From: Lytechinus pictus
Lineage: Eukaryota
Assembly (NCBI RefSeq): GCF_037042905.1
Contig: NC_087251.1
Location: forward strand, 39,742,001 to 39,806,000
Direction of reading: 5' to 3'
DNA: 64,000 bases
How positions within the stretch are numbered: position 1 is the stretch's first letter; each line of letters begins with the position of its first letter. A program made the translations under genes and the position numbers. Positions 53,526 to 64,000 of the stretch are shown piece by piece. The notes under the pieces are model-generated. The model saw only the letters and a list, made by a program, of their open reading frames with translations. It had not been told where the DNA came from and did not search any database.

Positions 53526-55262
53526 CTGAGGTAGGTGACAAAAGATGGAGCATGTTTCATTTAATCAACACCCTTGTCAATAATAGTTCAAGCGGGGTGG
53601 AAAATATAGATTCGGTTGTTTTGGTAAAAAGTTTGTTTGCCTTCTTGAACTGTTTACAGACCATAATGTGTTAGTTTTGGTTGCCGGTTTTCTGGGTCAG
53701 GCCGGCTGTGTTTGGAATGTGGTAGTGAAGGAATTCCAACTGAATGGTTGCTAGGCGTTTGGACTGTCTGGGATTAAGAATGAGCATTTTTCGGGACTCG
53801 ATGGATTTGGAAGAGTAGAATTTAATACTGAATTAGAATTTATGGACAGTCCAGCTGAACTTAAATATTTTTCTATTCTGCTTCCTGTTCTCTGGCTCGC
53901 TTGCATTCTTCAGCGACTAGAGAGATAAAATGAACAGGTGGGAGAGATAACTGACCTGTAAGACAAGAGAGTCATATAACGAGAGAATTGAGTAAGAGAG
54001 TAGATGAGAGAGCTGTATTGGGAGTGGTTAAAGTGTGAGAGTCTCAGAGGGGGAAAAGTTGATCGAGATCAGTTGGGGGAGTGGTGAAGAGAGTTACGTA
54101 AGAGGGAAGAATAATGGAAAGCCGGAGAACTTGAATTTGATTAGTTCCATTTTATACACTAATATTACAGGCTTGATTAATTTTGCGCATCGCACCAAAA
54201 GTGATACGACTGATTTGGGGAAGTGTTTTCTCGCCACGTGGTGTTTGAGCCAAGAAGGATAATGGCATTTTGTGCTAAGTGGGGCGGGGTAGTTCTTTTC
54301 ATTCTTGATTTGTTTTGCTGCCGTTGGCCATGTCGGTTTAGTTATACCCCATTGTCGGTCGTCCAGTCCAGAGATGCGACTATACCAGCTTACTGATTTG
54401 ACACTGATTTGAAATAAACATTATGTACAACTTTACTTCATCTCTTCGTTCGAACTTGTTATTTCTTGACTCCGTCTTTCTTTGTACGTGGGCAGCGCAA
54501 GACGGCGGGTGGCTACCGGTCTTCTTGCAAAGCTGTGCCGCTACATTTAAAGTTTTCCAAGCATACAGGGCTTGAATTTAGAATTCAAAGTAGCAATTTA
54601 ATTATTTTAGTAAGTGCACTTAAATGAAAGGAAAGATGGTGTTCACTTTTAGGGGGCATCTAAGGACATCTAAAACTGGCACTGGTCAATAGTGGGACAC
54701 ATGCACTAGATGACTGCATAGCACGAAGGCCACAGGCACAAAACAGGGCATGCTATTTTGGCCTTAAACCTACAAATATTTGGAAAGGCATCAAGGCCTT
54801 TGATTAAACTGAGCCCTGTTCTTTATTCAATGATTGTGACTGACATCTATATATGTATTTATCCATTTGTGGGGATTACATAAAAATGAAGGGCTTTGTC
54901 AAGCAGTTACCATAAACTGAATCAGACTTCCCTCCACTACAGAAATTTTGAATAAATGATAAATACCATAAATCCATAACTAATAAGAAAATTGTAATTT
55001 TGTATTACACAAAACAATAAATTCAAATAATTTTACGTTTTTCTGCGGACCATTATACCAAGTTTCAGTCGTTTTCTTTCACTTCAATTTCTTAGTTTTT
55101 AATTTCAAACTGTGGCTTGTACAAGATTTCAAAGCATCCAATAATTCAATTTTACCCAATCCACCGAAATAAAATAACTCAATAGTTGAGAAAATTTAAT
55201 ATTAAAAAAAAAATGAACCTTTGTAAATCGAAGCCAGATTAAAATATCTCAAGTTTTCTTAC

Positions 55263-55298
55263 CCCTGGTGTTTCGATGAGGGTGACTACTCGTCCAGG
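55263..55298 (-). CDS. CHAC2: CHAC2 exon 2 (36-nt mini-exon)
   Basis: PGRVVTLIETPG between tttcacag and GTAAGA. Confidence 0.92.
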
Positions 55299-56566
55299 CT
55301 GTGAAATAGTTTCAAAGATTAAAATGCAAAGAGGGGGGAGGGGAGGGGGGAGGGGAAAGATAAAGAGGGAGAGGGGGAAATAGAGATGAATGAGAAAGAG
55401 AAGGGGGGGGGGTGAAAGAGAGAAAGGGAAAGGGGGAGACAGAGAATTATTATATATCATATTATCAATTGGCAATACTGATACCCAACAACAACAGTGG
55501 TCCACCTGCATTCCCCCAACATATCAGGAGGAGACCTGCGGGACACAGTTCTGTGTGCGCGCCCTTCTTGGCGACCCACATTGGCTGGCTCCTCCAGAAA
55601 AAGCGCCTTTGAATGTATATATATGGTGAGCACTATACAAGTGCTGTGCATCATCATCATCAACAACATACTTTGTTAAATCATTAATCTGCCTTTGACA
55701 GATCACCTCTTAATTTTGTCAGAATTTTCTATTTATTTTTATTATGTTTTTATAGCCGATGCTTGTCACAAATTTTTCTCTGAATTGGCTTAATCAATTT
55801 TACTGAATTTCTTGTCATCTATAAACTCTATCTTAGAGATGCCATAATAAGCTTTTATCGCGTTTATAAGGACTGCAGAAGGGTAAGATGAAAATATGTT
55901 ATTGTGACCTTTGACCTCAAAATCAATACGCTTCCTGGGATCCATGCTAGTATCATACACACAAAATTATATGAGCCTAGGTTAAGTTAAACTGAAGTTA
56001 TCGCATTTACAAGGAAAAGTTAATGGACGGACACCGAGCGTGATACGGGCGTATAAAAACTGTCTTTTTTCTGTGTCCCATATGTGACGGCCCGTCTTTT
56101 CTCTCTAAAAGGTCAAGGTCATATGTCACCATTTTTTGCATGATTATTCTTCTCAGAACTAGATTTCAACCATGAGGGTATTCAATCTAATCAAAGTCAT
56201 TTTATACTATTTTTCAGGTCATTAAAGCCTCTAAAATGTCCCATACGTAACACGCGCGAATTCTTGGACTTGCCCCATAATAATTATGCAAATTTGACTC
56301 TAACTCAGTGAATATTGGTCAATTTTTTTTATATATATAGTAGCTTAGGACTTGCTCTTTCTAAGTTATTGCCTTTATTTTTCATTTAGAGAAAAGGATC
56401 ATCCTGAAAAATGGCAAATTATAAAAGCATGTCATTTGGGCTCATTTTGCATGTAACGGACATTTTCACGGTAACCGACGTTACACGGCACAATTTTACA
56501 CACTTTTCATTGTGTGTATGATTATCTCTAGAACAACAAATGATATAGTAGGAGTTTGCTTTTAAG

Positions 56567-56571
56567 CATCT

Positions 56572-56603
<32 letters not shown>

Positions 56604-56800
56604 TTGTCTGTCTATCTATCTATCTATCTTCTATTAATATATCCAGCTAGCAGCTATCATTTGCCTGTTTACCTCTCCATCCATCCATCTATCTAATTAT
56701 CTATCTTATATGTATCTGTTTAAATATGTATGTCTATCTGTCTGTCTATTTATCTTTCAATCTAATGTCTGCTTAAATAATTGTGTCTGTTTATCTATCT
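56567..56800. repeat. degenerate (CTAT)n microsatellite
   Basis: tandem ctat/ctgt/ccat units. Confidence 0.85.
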
Positions 56801-57236
56801 ACGACAGACCACCTAACTGTTAATTCTTCCGCATGACGAATTAAAATCTAGTTAATAATATATGGAGAGCTCACATAAAGTAAAAAAGACAAATTTGCTC
56901 AAAATTACAAATATTTGTTTGGTAGACAACTGCGGAAAAATAACAATTAACATGAAACTAAAAATTGAAATAAATTATAATAATATAATTATAAAATATC
57001 CTAGGCCTAACTGAGATTCTGCTACACAGAGTAGGTTTTTAATTTGTTAAAAATTTTCAAAAGATTTCTTCAAAAAGTGTATTTCGTGCTAGACCATGTG
57101 TGGTTTCAGCCTGGCTCAAGAAACAAGTTTATTGTCTGCAAAAAGAACCCCCTGAAATTAAGTCTAAATTCATGCCGATTACTGACACCCAGCTGACCCG
57201 GACCTGCCGCGGGGTTGACAACCAAGTGAGGCCTAC

Positions 57237-57371
57237 CTTTTCGGGTACTCCTCTATGGTCCAAGCTTGCTTGCCAAAATCTCCTGGCATAGCCTTTCACA
57301 CTGCCAACTAACCGTTCCGTATAGGGAAAATTGGTCTTCCATGTCAATGATCCATACCCAAATATCCACAT
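57237..57371 (-). CDS. CHAC2: CHAC2 exon 1
   Basis: [12 protein letters not shown]...[16 protein letters not shown]|GTAGG; starts directly at MW as CHAC2 does (no CHAC1-type extension); total 191 aa. Confidence 0.94.
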
Positions 57372-57578
57372 TGTTTGTAACAAAATCTAAACGTAGAATT
57401 TAAGGAATTTAATAAGCAACTCAGCTTCATAGCTTTGCTTACACTACGTTACACACAGGCTAGCGGACGATGTCACGCGGCGCGCGCGCGCGGATACGAT
57501 ACACACACCCCCTCGATTGCGCACGCACGCACGTATACGAGCGCGCGCGAGCTCACGCGGCGAATTGCAAGTGCAGCC
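57372..57578. promoter_or_regulatory. bidirectional promoter CHAC2/SNX6
   Basis: 207 bp between divergent ATGs; CpG-dense with (CG)n runs and tgcgca-type motifs. Confidence 0.75.
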
Positions 57579-57584
57579 ATGATG
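57579..57584 (+). CDS. SNX6: sorting nexin 6/5, exon 1 coding part (Met-Met)
   Basis: gccATGATG|GTGGGT; human SNX6 also begins MMEG. Confidence 0.65.
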
Positions 57585-57699
57585 GTGGGTGGATACTATT
57601 TTTTCCAAGATTGTGATTTTAGTACAGTATTGTTTGTGCTTGAAATATGATTATTGTAAAATTGTAATTAAAATAATTTTTATCTTTGTTATTTGCTAG

Positions 57700-57747
57700 G
57701 ACGGAATGGAGGACAGCCAAGATCTCTTGGCAGAGGACCAGGGAAAG
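57700..57747 (+). CDS. SNX6: SNX6 exon 2
   Basis: tag acceptor, DGMEDSQDLLAEDQGK (cf. EGLDDGPDFLSEEDRG), AAG|GTGAAT donor. Confidence 0.8.
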
Positions 57748-59315
57748 GTGAATAAAATGTTCCATTTTCATTTTGTGCACAGCCACAGGCCACACATGAT
57801 TGGCAATGCCAATGCCAATGGATTACTTTTTTAGCACTGCACTGCAAACATCATTTTCAATATGCATGGGTTCAACTTTGATGTTTGTTGAATTAAAGCC
57901 TGGCTCACACCTTTGCATTTAAAGCTGCATGAAAATGCTGCGTTGCCAGAAAAAGTAATCGTGGTATTGGCAGATTGGTAAAATAGTACGCAGCCTACTC
58001 AGCTCAGCAAAACATATTCGGTTGCTGGTTGCGAAAAAGGTTTTACCTGTGCGCGCTACGGCTACGAACGACTACAAGCTCGTCGGAGCTCGTAGTCGTA
58101 GTACGTCCTACATTATTGCAGACAGTTAACCGAGGTGACGTGAGGTAATTCGAGGTAAATTAAGCACTAACGCTGCATTAATGCTTGAGTAAGCTGCTCG
58201 TGCTCGTTCGTTCTTGCGAGTGCTCATTATGGGGGGACCTACCTCGAGCGAAGTTTGTGCAGGCTCCACTTCACTTCACTACCGCTACACTATGCTCCAC
58301 CTGCCCGAAATTTGAGACCGCGAACTCGTTCTGATATTCCGAGTGACAAAGGTGGTGGGATCTTATGGGGGGAAAGTATGAAATTCATGCAACATCAAGA
58401 TCTTTAAAAACAATTAAAACTAATATTCTTACTTTACACAATGTTTCACTTTTCCATGCTTCTATCAGTCTCAAAATTGGTGATATAGAGCCAACATGAA
58501 GTTCCTCACACGTATAAATAATTCGCTGCCGATTTCAAAACATTCGCATGCGCGAGGGTCTCGGCATGTGCTATGAAAGTCCTTTAAAGTCCTTAGTTCT
58601 CCATAATAAAGAAATTCATAGAATTTGGTAGAACACAAAGTTTAACAGAAAAACAAAAACAGGCCCCCCCCCCAAAAAAAATATTAATAAAAACAAAAAT
58701 GCAGTGAAACTGTTGAAAACTAAAGGAAAACTCCAACATGTCCATTCCCAGCCCTTGTATCGCGATGTATGGAATGGAGTACCGGTACTACTACTACTGT
58801 AGTATGCCTACATGTAGCTATGATCATTTGAATTTACATTTTTTTCATTGCTTCTATCAATTTTGCATCATTTTTCATCCAATTAGTCTATAGAATCTAC
58901 ATTATTCTTGCTGGAAATTGCGATTTTCAGATTTCTGTTCTTAAATGTATGCAATGATAATGAGTGATATTTAATAGAGTAAAATGAGTGAAGTACGAGT
59001 CCATCTTCAATAGAACTGCACATGATTTGATTGTTGCAGCGATCATCAAAATGTGAAGTTCTCTTTGAACTTCATAAATCTGTAGATCACCTTGACTTTA
59101 GATGGTATCAGTATGCCATCTATTTGGGAGGGGAGAGCCTGGTGACTTCTACCAATCTGCCTTCATTTTAAAACCAAAAAAATAAACAAACAAAAAATAA
59201 AAATCGAAAAGGGTGAGCTTACTCTGATTTGGGATAGTATAATGCTGCCGAATTTCAAGACATACATTTCAGATCGAATCTAACATGCCGTCTTAATCTT
59301 ATTATATATTTATAG

Positions 59316-59423
59316 ACCAGGACCGAGTCTAATGTTGACTTGAACACAGACACGTCTCTACTAGTCGACATCTCGGATGCACTGAGTGAGAGAGATAAAG
59401 TTAAATTCACCGTCCATACTAAA
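59316..59423 (+). CDS. SNX6: SNX6 exon 3 (start of PX domain); gene appears to continue beyond window
   Basis: [36 protein letters not shown]|GTGAGT; [20 protein letters not shown] is the SNX5/6/32 signature. Confidence 0.93.
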
Positions 59424-60479
59424 GTGAGTATACCACCTTAACATCAAAAGTGATTCAGCAAATTTATTTATTTCGTTTTGTTTACCCAGGGTTACCCCAT
59501 CAGTGGACTAAGCACTGTTTTTCTTGGGGGCCTTGCATACAAGTAACAAATCAAATATCTGTACAGGTATCAAATAAATATCTGTACAGGTATCGATTGA
59601 AAAGATCATTTTTGTCTTGCCTGTTGATCTATAAATTTGTTCACATCATTGTGTAAATGCTCTGTGTGAACCCCAGTGTACCAAAAAATAAAGATTTTAA
59701 AATTAATGCGTTCTTGAGTTTTATCGTCTCTACGTTCGTGAAACATCCTATGTGATATTCAGAGTTTGCACACAAATATTTTCTTTGCACATTTGATGGC
59801 ACTTTTTGGATGGCTTCTTTTTGTGTATTATGCTGAGCATTTCAAAATGATTTTATTTTGTATGAAATACAAGATTTTACACCGGTTGATATATTAGAAA
59901 TGTATGTGCATGTTGAGTGGTGTGTTCAGTGCTTTGCCATACCATTTCCCATTTGAAATGACTTGTACCGAGAGACACCAAAATAAAACTAGAAAAATGC
60001 AATGCTAAAAGTTATTTTCATTGATTTTGAAAAGTTAGTAATGACCCCATAACTTCTATCTTTAGCACTAGAGATCAGAAAATCAAACTATTTAATTTTC
60101 ATATGACATTATTCCATAGCTCATTTGAATCTTCTCCAAATTGATGTTGCTAGATATATATTACTCCTTTTGTTCTTGGGGTATTGAAATGAATCTGCTT
60201 ATTGCATCAAAAAGTTTTCAGTTGATATGTAAAATACATGTATATATATATATACTGCAGGCATCTCTGTGTGTTTCCTTTTTTGTAGCGCCCCTCCAGA
60301 CCAAATTTGCTTGACTCATTGTCCTTAGTAAGTGTCTTATTTATGTTTCTGTTTGTTCCTTGCTCCCTTAAATTTGCAAAATTGTGTTAAAATTGCCAAG
60401 ATGGTCTCTTGTTATGTGACGATTTTGTTTCCTTTTCTGTGTTAACTTTTTTTAAAGTCTTTCTATCACATTTATTTCA

Positions 60480-60694
60480 GGGCCCATTGCATAAGACTTA
60501 CTGTAATACTTGCTATTACTTGTACATGTATAGTAACTAACCCTTCATGGAAAACAGGTTTTTGATTGGTTATTGAGCAATATGCCATGCTCAATAGCCA
60601 ATCAAAATCCAGTATTCCATGAAGAGTTACTATGTAAAGTGTCATAAAAAGTTACGGTATACCAAAAGTTACTAGTTTTATGCAATGGGCGCCT
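60480..60694. mobile_element. MITE, GGGCCC-terminus group
   Basis: gggcccattgcataaga / ttttatgcaatgggcgcc. Confidence 0.7.
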
Positions 60695-60842
60695 GAACTT
60701 GTCCTCCAACATGAGATACATTTTATGATAGGTTATAATTTCATTCCTAACATAAATTCTAATTTGTATAAATTTGCTACTTCTTTGTGATTTTAGTTGT
60801 TTATTTTTCTGGTGATGAAGGCAATGGCAAATATGTTGAAGA

Positions 60843-61688
60843 TTTTTGTCTCACCTGCATAGCAGAGTGAGTCTACAGGCGCTGCTTTTCCGATGGCGGC
60901 GGCGTCAACATCAAATCTGTTCTCAAGGTTAAGTTTTTGAAATGACAGCATAAATTAGAAAGTATATGGACCTAGTTCATGAAACTTGGACATAAGGTTA
61001 CTCAAATATTACTAAACATGCTGCCTGAGTTTCAAGTCACATTACCAAGGTCAAAGGTCATTTAGAGTCAATGAACTTTGGCCAAGTTGGGGGTATTTGT
61101 TGAATTACCATAACTTTAAAAGTTTATGGATCTGATTCATAAAACTTGGACATAAGAGTAATCAAGTATCACTGAACATCCTGTGCGAGTTTCAGGTCAC
61201 ATGACCAAGGTCAAAGGTCATTTAAGGTCAATGAACTTTGGCCAAGTGGGGGTATTTGTTGAATTACCATAACTTTGAAAGTTAATGGAGCTGATTCTTT
61301 AAACTTGGACATAAGAGTAATCAAGTATCACTTAACATCCTGTGCGAGTTTCAGGTCACATGACCAAAGTCAATGGTCATTAATTTAAGGTCAATGAACT
61401 TTGGCCATGTTGGAGGTAATTATTAAATTGCTGTCATAACTTTCAAAGTTAATTGATATAGTTTATGAATTGTGGACGTAGGGGTAATCAAGTATCACTG
61501 ACAAGTCTGATGTCACATGATCAAGGTCAAATGTCATTTAGGGTCAATGAACGTACAGTAGTATTGTATCATTATATGAAATTATAAATGGTGTTTTTGT
61601 GAATAATAAGTAGTTTTCAAAGTCAGCACTGCTGCTCTATTGAATCGCGTAATGCAGGTGAGACTGCCAGAGGCTCTCCACTTGTTTT
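60843..61688. mobile_element. Helentron/HINE-like element with internal ~157-bp tandem units
   Basis: Starts in a T-run, subterminal IR gtctcacctgcat / atgcaggtgagac, about 4 units of aaacttggacataag...caaggtcaaaggtca, ends cttgtt. Confidence 0.7.
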
Positions 61689-63254
61689 GTTTTTAGGTAA
61701 ACAGGAAGAAGAAAAATAGGATTTTTAGCACATATAGTCCACTTTCCTGCATGTTCTATGTTTACACAAATTTAGTGAAGAGCAGCAAATTGCTACAAGT
61801 ACCTTGCATTTTTTTCTCCAGTACCATTGCATGTTACATGATTTATATTTGTTCAGATACATGTACCGGTAATAGCATTATCATAATGCAGGAAAATATG
61901 TTTTTACTCTCGTACAATTCACTATTGAAAAATATGAATAAACTTTATTTAGAAATAGGAGAAAATGAAATGAAATAACATCATTTATTATCAAAGTGCA
62001 AAATTGAAAATTTGTTTTTGGTTGGTGACATGATTTACATGTATTTTTTTGTTATTTATCTAAATAATTAACAAATATCACTTTGATTTACTTTAGTTGC
62101 TCCAATTTTATCTACATGTAGCAGTTCTACATAAACATTCAGATTCAGTTTATGAGTGAGGCAACAACACAGACTAAAAGTTGAAAGGATGTTTACCAAA
62201 TATCTTTAGTTGCAGCTTGTGTTAGTTTTACTATATGGAGTTTGATATATCAATATCGATAAATCAAACTCAGTTTATTGTCCTAGACTTTAGTTTCTAA
62301 ACTCTTGTTTTAGATCTTGATTGATGGTTTCTTTTTGGCTGTTTATATTCTTTTACTGTAAGGAGTGTCTAGGTTACTGAATTAGCAATGTGCTGGGAGT
62401 ACTTGATTTTCAATTATTTCATGTCAAGTCAATAGTTAATGTAGAAGCTGAGTATGAGTAGTCTGTACATGTACATGTATGTGTCAATCTAAAATTCAAG
62501 TCCCCTACCCCCCCCCCCCCTCCCCGAGTCATTTGGGTAAATTATTGTGGTATGGTGTAGAACCTTCTTTATAGTGTAATCTTGAATGAATGTCATCATG
62601 CATGTCTCTGCAGAGTGTTCTCATTCATTTTTTTTAGAAATAATAATTTCTAACTTTCACACAAATTTCACAAATTACATCAAAATGAATGAATATTAGT
62701 GTAATAAAATAGCACAGTATTTTGATATCCTGGTATCAAAATATCCATGTGGTCATCATATGAACAGGAAGTAATATAAGAGGAGCTGCTTTCTGGTATT
62801 TAATGATGTTATGTTATGAGCCTTTAGTTTAATTGAAAGAATATCATAGATGAAATTAACCCTTTAAGTTGGTCTCATACTTAAATGCTGTATTATCATA
62901 AAAAAAAAGAATTATTAAAAATTTAGGTTTTAAATGAAACTCAGTATTTGTACCCCGTATGCATTTCAGATACAAATGTCTGGCTTCCTGGCAAATAAAG
63001 TCATTTTTCATTTGGTTGGTTATGAAATCCACTGTTATAGCATTATGTGAAGGTATCCACTTAAATATTATTGGCTTCCAGGCTACTTGTACCATGACTG
63101 TATTTAGAAAACATATTTATCTTTCATTCTACCATGTGACAGTAGAAGGAACTCAAGGAAGTATTCACCTTCAGTCTTTGTACTTGTGCAACATCTGGTT
63201 TCACTTTCAGTTTCTCCCTACTATATCAAACATCACTTGCTAATTGCCTCATAA

Positions 63255-63723
63255 GGTGGTTTCAGACCGCCTCAAAGTTTGTCAGTTCCAGGTATTTTCT
63301 GATCGGGAAATTTACCCAGATCAGAAAATACCAGGTAATATTGGCAATGTGAAAGCAAATTACGCGTAATCTCCCCGAAAGAAAATACCCAATAAATAGT
63401 AGGTACTTGTCAAAATTACGAGAACTTTCACAGGGATTTTTCCAAGGTCGCAGGTATTTTTGCAGTGTGAAAGCAATTTACGGGAACTTATAGCCCAGCG
63501 TGTAGTTGGGCGCGGGAGCCTTGGGTGGCTGCTGAGCTAGTGATTTTGAATCTCGCACCTTGCTTGCTTATCAGATCATACTGCGCATGCTTGTAACTTC
63601 AGGAACTTATCCCGAAGGGTATGTTTCGGGGCGGTGTGAACGCAGGAATAATTAGTGGGTATTTTATAGCCTAAAAAAGTTCTCGTAATTTTAACGGGAT
63701 GATCGAGGCGGTTTAAAACCACC
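63255..63723. mobile_element. Harbinger-like MITE
   Basis: TIR ggtggtttcagaccgcctc / gaggcggtttaaaaccacc, flanked by taa/tag. Confidence 0.7.
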
Positions 63724-64000
63724 TAGTTTCTCCCTACTACATCACTTACTAATTGCCTCATAGTAATGATATTTACAACAGCATCCTGTAAACATTTTGC
63801 ACGGACTTTAGCAGGGATAATATGAAGATTGTTTCTAGAATCTGAAGTTTAGATACTTTTATTTGAGTTCATTAGAACAGTACATCACCTTTAGCTTTGC
63901 AATGACCAAGGTAGTAGAAAACAATCCTTGAAGTATAATGATGAATATGAGAGTATTTCTACTTTTAATTTGAAACCAAATGCAACCAAAATGCTTGGTT

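Noticed and set aside
59424-64000. Further SNX6 exons
   Set aside because: No VVRQHEEF-type coding segment found by eye; region is AT-rich intron with repeats

Overview
AT-rich eukaryotic (metazoan) genomic DNA with spliceosomal introns and dense non-autonomous repeats. The repeat landscape resembles an echinoderm such as a sea urchin, but that is an inference. By hand-splicing at GT/AG sites I reconstruct six genes. (1) MED29/intersex exon 1 (minus, continues left of the window). (2) An unannotated-looking 3-exon gene on + (11323-20523, 199 aa) whose product resembles, by eye, the CUB-like N-terminal domain of meteorin/METRNL but has no signal peptide, no NTR domain and an altered Cys pattern. 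(3) ARMT1/DUF89 (minus, 5 exons, 450 aa), head-to-head with (4) NAA80 actin N-acetyltransferase (plus, 4 exons, 252 aa). (5) CHAC2 (minus, 3 exons, 191 aa), head-to-head with (6) SNX6/5 (plus, first 3 exons, including a 6-nt Met-Met coding exon). Mobile DNA includes a 5'-inverted (twin-primed) L1/Tx1-type LINE with a 16-bp TSD, a near-intact CR1/L2-group LINE inside an intron, many MITEs and foldbacks, Helentron-like elements, a 33-bp minisatellite and three N gaps. Most ORFs in the supplied track are spurious.
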